A DNA stretch of 54,216 bases from an uncultured Prevotella sp. (lineage in GTDB: Bacteria; Bacteroidota; Bacteroidia; Bacteroidales; Bacteroidaceae), in NCBI GenBank assembly GCA_964655685.1, contig CAZZNO010000001.1, positions 1 through 54,216 on the forward strand, in the 5' to 3' direction. The notes under the pieces are model-generated. The model did no database searches. It saw nothing but the letters and a program-made list of their open reading frames with translations, and was not told where the DNA came from. A program made the position numbers and the translations under genes. Shown here piece by piece: positions 38,536 through 47,766 of the stretch. Position 1 is the first letter of the stretch; each line of letters starts with the position of its first letter.

Positions 38536-39339
38536 ATGAAGCAAGTTAGACCGAAGAAGAATCTCGGCCAGCATTTCCTGACCGATTTGAACATAGCCAA
38601 GCGCATAGCCGACACTGTGGATGCATGTCCAGACATTCCAATACTTGAGATTGGACCAGGCATGGGTGTGCTCACTCAGTATCTTGTGGAAAAGCCGAGG
38701 GAGGTAAAGGCTGTGGAAATAGATGCCGAGAGTGTACGCTATCTGCATGAACGTTTTCCTAAGCTTAAGGACAATATCATAGGCGAAGACTTTCTGCGAA
38801 TGGACCTGAATAAGGTCTTCGATGGAAGACTGTTTGTGCTGACAGGAAACTACCCTTATGATATTTCTTCGCAGATATTCTTCAAAATGCTTGATTATAA
38901 AGATCTTATACCATGTTGCACGGGTATGATACAGCGAGAAGTGGCTGAACGTATAGCTTCTAAGCCTGGTACTAAGCAGTATGGCATTTTGAGTGTAATG
39001 ATACAGGCATGGTATGATACCGAATATCTTTTCACTGTAGACGAGAATGTTTTCAATCCACCGCCAAAGGTCAAGAGTGCGGTGATACGTATGACACGTA
39101 ATGGCGTGACGGACTTAGGATGCGATGAGAAGCTGTTCAAGCGGGTTGTTAAAACAGTATTCAATCAGAGACGTAAGATGTTGCGAGTGTCCCTTAAGCC
39201 GCTTTTCGGTAAGGACAACTTGCCATCGGCTGCATTCTTTGCTGAAAGTTTGATGACGCGGCGTCCAGAGCAATTGTCTGTAGCAGAGTTTGTTGATCTG
39301 ACTAATAGGGTAGGGACCGAAATGCATGCTTTGGCTTGA
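38536..39339 (+). CDS. rsmA: 16S rRNA m6,2A dimethyltransferase RsmA/KsgA
   Basis: KKNLGQHFL, LEIGPGMG, GNYPYDISS, MIQREVAER, FNPPPKVKS. Confidence 0.95.
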   Translation: MKQVRPKKNLGQHFLTDLNIAKRIADTVDACPDIPILEIGPGMGVLTQYLVEKPREVKAVEIDAESVRYLHERFPKLKDNIIGEDFLRMDLNKVFDGRLFVLTGNYPYDISSQIFFKMLDYKDLIPCCTGMIQREVAERIASKPGTKQYGILSVMIQAWYDTEYLFTVDENVFNPPPKVKSAVIRMTRNGVTDLGCDEKLFKRVVKTVFNQRRKMLRVSLKPLFGKDNLPSAAFFAESLMTRRPEQLSVAEFVDLTNRVGTEMHALA

Positions 39340-39476
39340 AAAGGTAGGCTTTGATGTCGAAAAGAAGAGCATTGCTGCCAATAAACAGTTTTTTTGTAGC
39401 AAAAAACTTGTCTTAATGTTGTTGCTTTAAAAAAAAGTGCTTAAATTTGTACATTGGATAAATTAAACCTATATAT

Positions 39477-40037
39477 ATGATTGACGTAAAATCAACCTTG
39501 AAGAGCGCCGAGGACAAGATGAAAAAGAGCGCCAACTTTTTGGAAAGTGAGCTGTCGCGCATTCGTGCGGGCCGCGCCAATATCGCAATACTTGACAGTG
39601 TGCGTGTCAATTCCTATGGTCAGCGTGTGCCTCTCAATCAGGTGGCTGCTCTGCAAGTGCCTGATGCTCGCACAATTACCATACGCCCGTGGGAGCGTAA
39701 GGCAATAAAGGACATTGAGAAAGGCATCATGGACAGCGAGGTTGGCATCACGCCTGAGAATAATGGTGAGATGGTTATCTTGCGTATTCCTCAACCGACG
39801 GAACAGCGTCGCAAGGAACTTGTGAAGCAGTGCAACAAGATTGGCGAGTCTGCAAAGGTGCAGGTGCGTAATGTTCGTGCAGAGTACAAGGATAAACTGA
39901 AGAAAGCCATAAAGGATGGTCTGTCGGAAGATCAGGAGAAAGACGCTGAGAATGAGCTCCAGAAGGTTCATGACAAATATATTAAGCTGATTGACACTAC
40001 TCTGCAAAACAAGCAGAAGGAGATAATGACAGTATAA
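39477..40037 (+). CDS. frr: Ribosome recycling factor
   Basis: IRAGRAN, YG..PLNQVA, TEQRRKELVK, VRNVR, KEIMTV. Confidence 0.95.
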   Translation: MIDVKSTLKSAEDKMKKSANFLESELSRIRAGRANIAILDSVRVNSYGQRVPLNQVAALQVPDARTITIRPWERKAIKDIEKGIMDSEVGITPENNGEMVILRIPQPTEQRRKELVKQCNKIGESAKVQVRNVRAEYKDKLKKAIKDGLSEDQEKDAENELQKVHDKYIKLIDTTLQNKQKEIMTV

Positions 40038-40970
40038 GTGAAAGGCATCGTTGTTAAGAACACGGGCTTTTGGTACACAGTGCTCACTTCTGACGGACGT
40101 ACAGTTGAGAGCAAGGTGAAGGGCAACTTCAGACTGAAAGGCATACGGTCGACCAACCCGGTTGCGGTTGGCGACCATGTTGATATTGCTGAAAACCAAG
40201 AAGGTACTGCCTTTATAACGGCTATTGATGACCGTAAAAATTATATTATTCGTCGCTCCACCAACCTCTCGAAACAAAGCCATATCATTGCCGCAAACGT
40301 TGACCAGGCTTTTTTGATTGTGACAGTTGCCCATCCTGCGACTTCCACTACTTTCATTGACAGGTTTCTTGCTTCAGCCGAAGCTTATTCCGTCCCTGTG
40401 GTTCTCGTCTTCAACAAGACTGATTTGCTGGATAAGGAAGAATTGCATTATCAGCAAATGATGGTTGATCTTTATAAGACTGTTGGCTATGAGTGTCGTC
40501 AGGTTTCTGCCGCTACAGGCGAAGGATGTAAAGCTCTGCGCAATATGCTTGTTGATAAAGTGACTTTGTTGAGTGGCAATAGTGGAGTAGGGAAGTCTAC
40601 GTTGTTAAATCTTTTTCTGCCTGGAGCTGGTGCAAAAGTGGCTGAGATAAGTGATGCTCACGACACAGGCATGCATACTACAACGTTCTCTGAGATGTTG
40701 CCATTGCCAGAAGGTGGCTGGCTCATAGATACTCCTGGTATTAAAGGCTTTGGTTCTTTTGATATGGAACCGGAAGAGATTGGCAGCTATTTTAAGGAGA
40801 TATTCAGGTTTTCTAAGAATTGCCGCTTTTCCAATTGTACGCATACTCATGAACCAGGATGTGCCGTGCGCAAAGCAGTCGAAGAACATTATATAGCAGA
40901 AAGCCGATATAATAGCTATCTGTCAATGTTGCAAGATAAGGATGAAAACAAATATCGGGAAGCTTATTAA
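40038..40970 (+). CDS. rsgA: Ribosome small subunit-dependent GTPase A (GTG start directly after the frr stop)
   Basis: [41 protein letters not shown]. Confidence 0.95.
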   Translation: MKGIVVKNTGFWYTVLTSDGRTVESKVKGNFRLKGIRSTNPVAVGDHVDIAENQEGTAFITAIDDRKNYIIRRSTNLSKQSHIIAANVDQAFLIVTVAHPATSTTFIDRFLASAEAYSVPVVLVFNKTDLLDKEELHYQQMMVDLYKTVGYECRQVSAATGEGCKALRNMLVDKVTLLSGNSGVGKSTLLNLFLPGAGAKVAEISDAHDTGMHTTTFSEMLPLPEGGWLIDTPGIKGFGSFDMEPEEIGSYFKEIFRFSKNCRFSNCTHTHEPGCAVRKAVEEHYIAESRYNSYLSMLQDKDENKYREAY

Positions 40971-40992
40971 AAAGTAAGATAGCATACAGGAA

Positions 40993-41057
40993 AAAAGCCA
41001 AGATGGTAAAGAATAATATGTGATATTCTCTCTATATATTTTACCCTCTTGGCTTTT
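40993..41057. terminator. Bidirectional terminator-like inverted repeat between convergent genes
   Basis: aaaagccaagatggtaaa / tttaccctcttggctttt. Confidence 0.65.
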
Positions 41058-41088
41058 ATTCTTTTATATTTTTTGCCCTTTCACCATA

Positions 41089-41964
41089 TTAACTGTTTAT
41101 GGTTATGGTGTATTCGCTCATGAAACTTGAACCTGGCAAAAGGTGGTTCATGAGGTAGCGGTTAGCAAAATCGCCGTTGTAGCCGTCAATGTCGGTCACG
41201 CCGTACCAAGGCTCTATGCAAACAAAAGGCGCATTTTTACCGTATGGTGACCATATGCCTACTGCCAGTGACTTGAATGTCACTATTATTGTGGGATCAT
41301 TGTTGGCATCAAGCAGTGCAACTTGGTGCAATTGGCTATGATCAAAAATGAGTGCATCGTTCTTGAATGTGCTTTCGTTGAATTTCAATATTCCGTCTTT
41401 GGTTTCAACTTCTTCGTGGCGTGAGCCGTCAAGGCATCCTGTTTCGCCGTTTATGAAACGGCGTATAGGATTTTCGGTGTCGAGTTGTAGCTTTCCGTGT
41501 ATAGGTTCGCCAGCTTTGATGTCAGGAATATTGAATGCAGGATGTCCGCCTATTTGAAAGGCAATTGGCTTGTCATCGGTGTTTTCAACATGCCATACTA
41601 CGTGTATAGTGTTTCCTGTAAGCTTGTAACTTACGGCAAGATTGAAGTGGTAAGGATATTTCTCCAATGTTTCGGCATTGTCATGTAGGGCAAAAACAAC
41701 CTGGTTTTCGCCTTTGGCAATCAGTTTGAAATCCATGTCGCGTGCAAATCCATGCCGTCCCATGTGATAATTTTTATGCAAAATATGGGCTGTGCCATTA
41801 CAAAGTGTACCTACAATGGGGAAAAGAATAGGTGAGTGTCGTCCCCAATATTTTGGATCGGCTTGCCATAGGTGCTCTTTCCCTTTGCTATCCTTTATGC
41901 TCATTAGTTCTGCCCCGTGAGGTGACACTATCACTTTTAGTTGTTCGTTTTTGATAGTTTCCAT
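41089..41964 (-). CDS. Aldose 1-epimerase family protein (LacX-like)
   Basis: HGAEL, WGRHSPILFPIVG, HGFARD, GGHPAF, FVCIEPWYG. Confidence 0.87.
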   Translation of the reverse strand: METIKNEQLKVIVSPHGAELMSIKDSKGKEHLWQADPKYWGRHSPILFPIVGTLCNGTAHILHKNYHMGRHGFARDMDFKLIAKGENQVVFALHDNAETLEKYPYHFNLAVSYKLTGNTIHVVWHVENTDDKPIAFQIGGHPAFNIPDIKAGEPIHGKLQLDTENPIRRFINGETGCLDGSRHEEVETKDGILKFNESTFKNDALIFDHSQLHQVALLDANNDPTIIVTFKSLAVGIWSPYGKNAPFVCIEPWYGVTDIDGYNGDFANRYLMNHLLPGSSFMSEYTITINS

Positions 41965-42059
41965 AGTGTAATAGTTTTAAAGCTACTGTTGGTTTGTGGC
42001 AAATTTAGCCAAGTATCCCTGGCATGTTTTGCCGGGGACACTTTTGCAGTTAAGAAGTT

Positions 42060-42500
42060 TTATCCTTCTTTCTTTTCTTCTTCGGTTTCTTCCTCCTTTG
42101 GTGCGATCAAGTCTTTGAAGTCAGTATAGCCGTTGTCTATGAGGATGTTGTACCATTGGAGCAGTTTTTTAATATCACTGTCATGCACTCTGTCACGATC
42201 ATAGTTTGGCAAGATTTCGGCAAAATAGTCGCGAAGCTCTTTGCCTGAGCTCTTTTTATAGTTTATTGATGCGTTCTTCAGATTTTCTTTTTCGCCGACT
42301 TTCACCAACACTTTCCATAGTGCTATGTCATCGGCATCTGTGTACATTGCGATGTCGCTTAGGCTTGTCACACGGTCGGTTGCAAATGCTGGCAGGCGGT
42401 GATGTGTGGCATCAATAGTTTCCACTATAAGATTCGACTTGCCGCGTGAAACCAGCTTATAAAGTCCTGGCTTGCCAGATATTGAAAGTATTGTTTCCAT
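42060..42500 (-). CDS. Conserved Bacteroidota protein (DUF5606-like)
   Basis: ILSISGKPGLYKL, SLSDIAMYT, PNYDRDRVHDSDIKKLLQWYN. Confidence 0.78.
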   Translation of the reverse strand: METILSISGKPGLYKLVSRGKSNLIVETIDATHHRLPAFATDRVTSLSDIAMYTDADDIALWKVLVKVGEKENLKNASINYKKSSGKELRDYFAEILPNYDRDRVHDSDIKKLLQWYNILIDNGYTDFKDLIAPKEEETEEEKKEG

Positions 42501-42517
42501 TTTTGATTTGTTTATTT

Positions 42518-43087
42518 TTAATTTGTTTGTAATGATTGTAGTATTTCTTTTATTTGAGTTTCAATATTATGTTGTCCGTCATTAATGATGACGAAGTCGG
42601 AGAGTTTAGCCACCTTGTCCTGTGGCCATTGCCTGTTTATCCATTCTAAGGTTTTCTCGCGTGAAATGCCGTCGCGCCGCATGACACGGTCTATCCGCAG
42701 TTGCAAAGGTGCGGTTACGCATACCACGTAATCAAACTTTATGCGCCTGTAGAAACCGCTGTCAAATAGAATAGCGCTTTCGAGCCACTCCTTGCCGCTT
42801 TGCAAGAAGTCACGTGCCACGGCAGGATGAATGGCATTATCGGCGGCTTGTTTGTTTTCTTCTGATGCAAGCAAGAATTTTGCAAGCACACGTTTCTGTA
42901 AAATGTTGCCGATATAAACGTCTTCACCTACAAGCTTTTTAAGTTCTTCTTGCAGCTGTAGGTCGGTGTAATACAGGCGTTTAGCAGCATCATCGCTATC
43001 ATAGACGCTTATGCCGAATTTGCCTAAGAGTTTACAAACGTAACTCTTTCCACTGCCGATGCCTCCCGTAATGGCTATATGCCTCAT
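42518..43087 (-). CDS. coaE: Dephospho-CoA kinase
   Basis: AITGGIGSGKS, YDSD, IHPAV, ESAILF, RVMRRD. Confidence 0.92.
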   Translation of the reverse strand: MRHIAITGGIGSGKSYVCKLLGKFGISVYDSDDAAKRLYYTDLQLQEELKKLVGEDVYIGNILQKRVLAKFLLASEENKQAADNAIHPAVARDFLQSGKEWLESAILFDSGFYRRIKFDYVVCVTAPLQLRIDRVMRRDGISREKTLEWINRQWPQDKVAKLSDFVIINDGQHNIETQIKEILQSLQTN

Positions 43088-44064
43088 TGTTGTTCTATAA
43101 GATAGTCCACTTTGTCGTTCTCAAGCCTGGCGTTTCTTGCAAGTCTTGAGTGGCTGCGTAAATAAAGCCGGCATTTGTCTGACGGGTGGCTGGCTATTTC
43201 TTTGTAATCAACAAATACTTCAAAGTCTGTTGGGTGCACTTGTCTATAAACATTTGCCCCTACACTGTACTTTACGTTGACAGTTTGTGGAAATGTACGG
43301 ATAGTGAGATTGGAAGGCTTGTTTATAGTCTTGATAAGAACCTCTTGACTCCCTTCTGTTAAAACGTCAGGGAATAGAGTGACCTTTACTGTTGCGGGAC
43401 TAATCTTTGCTCCTTCTATTTTTTTAATTTTAACTATCCGAGTTACTGTATCTTCGAAGTTGCTGATATTGAGTTGCTCGGTAGCAACGCCTTCTATTTT
43501 TGACAGCAATTCCTTACTCGCGTATACAGTTGCCATGTCTGGCGTTATCTGTATGTGGGCGAGATAGTAGTTCTTACCAGGTACAATGTTGCCACTCAAC
43601 CTTACCCTAACCCGTTTGTTTCGACCGAAATTAAAAGTAAAATTGAGCTTGTCAGCTTTAATAGCAGTTATAGCAGAAGAACTGTAGAGGCGTTGCCTGA
43701 CCATCTTTTGGATGTCGGTGGATGGTACTTGTCCCTTGCCTGCTTGGCGATTTGCATACTTTGAGAAGCTAAGTCTGATTGGGCGTAACTTGTTATAGCT
43801 TTCATAGGCAAGAATTGCAAATCCCTTGTCACGTATGGTAACCCTGACAGTGTCTGTCATGTCAGATGTCATAACGACATTTTTAGGAACTCCAACAAGG
43901 CGTATAGACACAGGAAACTCTACCTCGTAAGTCTCATTGAGTGTCATCATAAGCCAGAAAACACCACTAATGGCGAGACAAAAGAGGAAAATCAAAAACT
44001 CCTTGCCCGAAAATTCAGACAAGAAGCCTTTAAGGATGTCGTATAGCTGTTTTAGCCTATGCAT
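43084..44064 (-). CDS. YbbR/CdaR-like domain protein
   Basis: N-terminal TM (EFLIFLFCL..FWLMMTLNETYE) and repeated beta domains; between yajC and coaE. Confidence 0.7.
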   Translation of the reverse strand: MHRLKQLYDILKGFLSEFSGKEFLIFLFCLAISGVFWLMMTLNETYEVEFPVSIRLVGVPKNVVMTSDMTDTVRVTIRDKGFAILAYESYNKLRPIRLSFSKYANRQAGKGQVPSTDIQKMVRQRLYSSSAITAIKADKLNFTFNFGRNKRVRVRLSGNIVPGKNYYLAHIQITPDMATVYASKELLSKIEGVATEQLNISNFEDTVTRIVKIKKIEGAKISPATVKVTLFPDVLTEGSQEVLIKTINKPSNLTIRTFPQTVNVKYSVGANVYRQVHPTDFEVFVDYKEIASHPSDKCRLYLRSHSRLARNARLENDKVDYLIEQQ

Positions 44065-44380
44065 TAGGCTGGCCCTGGGCAACATCTTGGAATACGGTGC
44101 CCTTGTCAACGGTGATTACCACACCGTGTGCTATCTCAACGTCAACGGTGTTCTTTGTCTGGTCAATACGCTTTACAGTGCCATATATGCCACCGCCTGT
44201 AACGACTTTTGAACCTTCTTGCAGAGAGTTCTGAAATTCGCGTATTTTCTTTTGTCTCTTCTGCTGTGGTCTTACCATGAAAAGCCACATGATGACGAAG
44301 ATGGCAATAAGCATGAAAATCATGCCACCGAAGCCACCACCACCCTGTGCTGCTTGAGCAGCTAAAACTAATGATGTCAT
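44057..44380 (-). CDS. yajC: Preprotein translocase subunit YajC
   Basis: FMVRPQQKRQK, VVTGGGIYG. Confidence 0.92.
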   Translation of the reverse strand: MTSLVLAAQAAQGGGGFGGMIFMLIAIFVIMWLFMVRPQQKRQKKIREFQNSLQEGSKVVTGGGIYGTVKRIDQTKNTVDVEIAHGVVITVDKGTVFQDVAQGQPNA

Positions 44381-44399
44381 AACTCTGATGTTTTTTTAT

Positions 44400-45563
44400 T
44401 TATTGTTCTGTTTGTTGTGTCATTTGCTGATTTGCTGGCTCTGTTTGTTCTCCGTTGTTTTGTTGTGTCTCGTTAGTCCGAGGCCTGTGAACAAACCTTG
44501 TAGGGCCATTGTATTCTTGTCTTTGCTTGTTGTATCCGCCACGTTGATTATAATTGTTGCGGTTGAAGCTCTTGTAGCCATTTGCATTGTCGTAGCTACG
44601 GCGAGAATTTTCTTCTTTTTTCTCTACGCGTGGTGGCATTTCCTTCAACATCTTGCCAGTAGATATAAGGTGCCGTGCTATAGCATCAAGCATTCCGTTT
44701 ATATATCCTCCGCTTTTTGGAGTGGAGTATTTTTTAGCCAGCTCTACATATTCGTTAATGGTGACTTGCACCGGGATGTTGGGGAATGTCAGCATTTCGG
44801 CTATGGCTATTTGCATTATGACAATATCCATATATGCAAGCCTTGAAAAATCCCAGTTGTGCGAAGCCTCGCTCATGTAATGCTGGTAGTCGGATGCATT
44901 AAGAATTGTGGCGCGAAATAGTTTTCGTGCAAATTCCCTGTCATCTTCATCTTTATATTCTGGCAGCAGCTCTTGATTGCCTTTTTCCTTTGGGTCGAAG
45001 CGCTTGATGGTCTTGATGACAAAAGTGTCTACCACTTCTTTGTCGTCATTCCAATAGAGGCTCGTGTCCTCGAGCAAAGTATCGAGATCCGTGTTTTCCT
45101 CAATCAGCTGCTTGTAAAGCTTGCGCCATACTTCGCGGTCTTCTTCATAGTCGCCCTCCGGTGTTGCCATGTAGTCTTTGTAAGTCTGGCTTTGCTCTAT
45201 TTGGTTGCACAGCTTGCGTACGAAGTCTGCATTGTCGCTCCATGACAATTTCTTGTCCTCATTGAAGCTATTAAGCATCTTGTTTTCCTCAAGTTGCGAA
45301 GCAAACTTGTTGAAAGCAAATTTCTTTGATGGTGCATCCTCTCCTGACAACTTAGCCCGCTGTTCCAGTGTCTCATACCGTGAGCGTTCCTCACGAGTTA
45401 CAGCCACTATTAGGTCAAGGAGGTAGTTGTAAAGGTCGTAAGCCTTGGACAGACTGAGAAACAGTTCTTTTTCTGCTATCTCAATGTTTTTATTTCCATT
45501 CTGATAGTATGCGTAGGTAAGCTGAACTATCTTGGTACGTATCAAATCACGATTGATCATCAC
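44400..45563 (-). CDS. nusB: Transcription antitermination factor NusB (Bacteroidota long form) with low-complexity tail
   Basis: MINRDLIRTKIVQ, NWDFSRLAYMD, VTINEYVELAKKYSTPKSGGYINGMLD. Confidence 0.9.
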   Translation of the reverse strand: MMINRDLIRTKIVQLTYAYYQNGNKNIEIAEKELFLSLSKAYDLYNYLLDLIVAVTREERSRYETLEQRAKLSGEDAPSKKFAFNKFASQLEENKMLNSFNEDKKLSWSDNADFVRKLCNQIEQSQTYKDYMATPEGDYEEDREVWRKLYKQLIEENTDLDTLLEDTSLYWNDDKEVVDTFVIKTIKRFDPKEKGNQELLPEYKDEDDREFARKLFRATILNASDYQHYMSEASHNWDFSRLAYMDIVIMQIAIAEMLTFPNIPVQVTINEYVELAKKYSTPKSGGYINGMLDAIARHLISTGKMLKEMPPRVEKKEENSRRSYDNANGYKSFNRNNYNQRGGYNKQRQEYNGPTRFVHRPRTNETQQNNGEQTEPANQQMTQQTEQ

Positions 45564-45664
45564 TCAAACTTGTTATGTGTAGGCATTATTCAGCTGCAAA
45601 AGTAGTAAATAATCCCCTATAAAGCAAAAAAAGCATGGATAAATCTTTGTTTTTTTTATTAATC

Positions 45665-45740
45665 TTTGTGTAGACGGAATAAAATCAGTAACTTTGCATC
45701 GCTTTTCAGATTGGGAAAAGTATTTCCAGTGTGATGGCGA
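45665..45740 (+). promoter_or_regulatory. rplY promoter and 5' leader hairpin
   Basis: TTTG(45665)-N20-TAACTTTG(45689-45696); imperfect hairpin at about 45699-45740. Confidence 0.55.
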
Positions 45741-45773
45741 ATTAATCAATCATTTAATTTAGAGTAACACATT

Positions 45774-46409
45774 ATGAAAGAAATTGAGATTTCAGGTAAG
45801 AAGCGTGAGACCCTTGGCAAGAAAGCTTCTAAGGCTCTGCGCAAGGAAGGCTATGTGCCATGCAACCTTTATGGTGAGGCAAAAGATGAGAATGGCAAGC
45901 CAGTAGCCCTCGCTTTCGCATCATCTTTTTCAGAGCTGCGCAAGCTCATTTATACACCCCATATCTATGTGGTGAGGCTTAAGATTGATGGTCAGGACCA
46001 CACTGCCATCATGAAGGAGATACAGTTCCATCCTGTTACCGATGCTCCTTTGCATGTTGACTTCTATGAAATTAACGAGGAGAAGCCTATCACAATTGGT
46101 ATTCCTGTTAAGCTCAACGGTCTTGCACAGGGTGTTCGCGATGGCGGTCGTATGAACCTTTCTATCCGTAAGATTAACGTTACTGCTCCTTACCAGCAGA
46201 TACCTGAGCACCTCGATATTGACGTGACAGCCCTGCGCCTTGGCAAGAGCATCAAGGTTGGTGAGCTTTCATTCGAAGGTCTTGAGCTGGCTACAAGCAA
46301 GGATGTCGTTGTTTGCTCAGTCAAGATGACACGTAACGCTGTGGCTTCTGACGCTACGGCTGACGCTGATGCAGCAGCAACAGATGCAGCAGCACCTGCA
46401 GCAGAGTAA
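45774..46409 (+). CDS. rplY: 50S ribosomal protein L25/Ctc
   Basis: GKKASKALRKEGYVPCNLYG, KEIQFHPV, HVDF, Ala-rich tail. Confidence 0.95.
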   Translation: MKEIEISGKKRETLGKKASKALRKEGYVPCNLYGEAKDENGKPVALAFASSFSELRKLIYTPHIYVVRLKIDGQDHTAIMKEIQFHPVTDAPLHVDFYEINEEKPITIGIPVKLNGLAQGVRDGGRMNLSIRKINVTAPYQQIPEHLDIDVTALRLGKSIKVGELSFEGLELATSKDVVVCSVKMTRNAVASDATADADAAATDAAAPAAE

Positions 46410-46433
46410 TCTCTTTTTAAGAATTAATCAGTA

Positions 46434-46513
46434 AAGGAGCTAAGGGAGTTAAAGGCTAATGCTTTACCGCTATATAGGTTTAGCAGGCAGGTCTTTTACT
46501 CCTTTAGCTCCTT
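46434..46513. repeat. REP/MITE-like inverted-repeat element between rplY and pth
   Basis: aaggagctaagggagttaaag .. cttttactcctttagctcctt; arms built from 9-nt subrepeats around a 38-nt core. Confidence 0.6.
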
Positions 46514-46542
46514 GTCTTTTCTAAACGCTTTGAAAAACGGCT

Positions 46543-47124
46543 ATGGATAAATACTTGATTTGCGGTCTTGGCAACCCAGGTGATGAATATGCTGGAACAC
46601 GACATAATACAGGGTGGATGGTTGTTGATGCCTTTGCTAAAGCAATGGGAGCCGAATGGAAGGACAGACGCTATGGATTCGTTGCCGAGACCTCGCTAAA
46701 GGGGCGCAAGATTTTTTTGTTGAAGCCTACTACGTTTATGAATCTTTCGGGCAATGCCGTTCGCTATTGGCTCAATGAGGAGAAGATAGCGCAGGAGAGG
46801 TTGCTTGTCATAAGTGATGATGTGGCGTTGCCTCTTGGTGAATTCCGCCTTAAGAGCAGTGGCAGCAATGGCGGTCACAATGGTCTTGGACATATAATGC
46901 AACTAATAGGTCAGGATTTCGCTCGCCTGCGCATTGGTATAGGTAACGAATATCCGCGAGGTGGGCAAATTGACTGGGTGCTTGGACATTACTCCGATGA
47001 AGACATGAATGTGTTACAGCCCACCATAGACCTTTCGGTAGACATTATCAAAAGCTTTGTGTTGCAAGGCATTGACAATACAATGAACCAGTACAACAGT
47101 AAAGGGAAAAAGGCAAAAAAGTAA
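46543..47124 (+). CDS. pth: Peptidyl-tRNA hydrolase
   Basis: GLGNPG, TRHNTG, KPTTFMNLSG, GGHNGL, RLRIGIG. Confidence 0.95.
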   Translation: MDKYLICGLGNPGDEYAGTRHNTGWMVVDAFAKAMGAEWKDRRYGFVAETSLKGRKIFLLKPTTFMNLSGNAVRYWLNEEKIAQERLLVISDDVALPLGEFRLKSSGSNGGHNGLGHIMQLIGQDFARLRIGIGNEYPRGGQIDWVLGHYSDEDMNVLQPTIDLSVDIIKSFVLQGIDNTMNQYNSKGKKAKK

Positions 47125-47155
47125 AAGATTAAAGAGATAGAAAACTAAAAGGCAA

Positions 47156-47593
47156 ATGAGCGATAATATTCCAAAAATGCCAAAATATGGTGAGTCTGCC
47201 CGTATTGACAAGTGGCTGTGGGCAGCTCGCATATACAAGACTCGTTCTTTGGCTGTTGAGGCAATTAAGAATGGGCGTGTTACTATAGATGGCGTAAATG
47301 TAAAACCGAGCCGAACTATAAAGGCAGGTGAGACAATAGATGTAAGAAAGCCGCCGATAACCTGCTCGTTTAAAGTCATAGCCTGCATAGAAACCCGTGT
47401 AGGTGCAAAGCTTCTGCCTCAAGTATATGAGAATGTGACTGACCCGAAGCAGTATGAGATACTGGAGATGAGCCGCATATCCGGTTTTGTTGATCGCCAA
47501 CGTGGTACAGGGCGTCCTACAAAGAAGGAGCGTAGAGCTTTGGACAATTTCATAGAGCCGGCTATGTTTGGCTGGGATGATGACGACGAATAG
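47156..47593 (+). CDS. hslR: Ribosome-associated heat shock protein Hsp15 (S4 domain)
   Basis: RIDKWLWAARIYKTRSLA, GTGRPTKKERR. Confidence 0.9.
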   Translation: MSDNIPKMPKYGESARIDKWLWAARIYKTRSLAVEAIKNGRVTIDGVNVKPSRTIKAGETIDVRKPPITCSFKVIACIETRVGAKLLPQVYENVTDPKQYEILEMSRISGFVDRQRGTGRPTKKERRALDNFIEPAMFGWDDDDE

Positions 47594-47689
47594 CTTTGGA
47601 AGTATCTTTTATAATGAGCTGTTCTTTCGTTGTCATAAAGTTTTAATGTAGTTTTGTATGTAGTGTAGTTACAAACTTATTTCAGCATG

Positions 47690-47734
47690 AACCAACGTAA
47701 AAGGCCGGACGAGCGCCGGCCTTTTACGTTGGTT
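47690..47734. terminator. Bidirectional terminator
   Basis: 19-bp perfect stem aaccaacgtaaaaggccgg / ccggccttttacgttggtt. Confidence 0.85.
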
Positions 47735-47766
47735 TTGTATATCTGTCTTTGTGGCTTTATAGCTTA

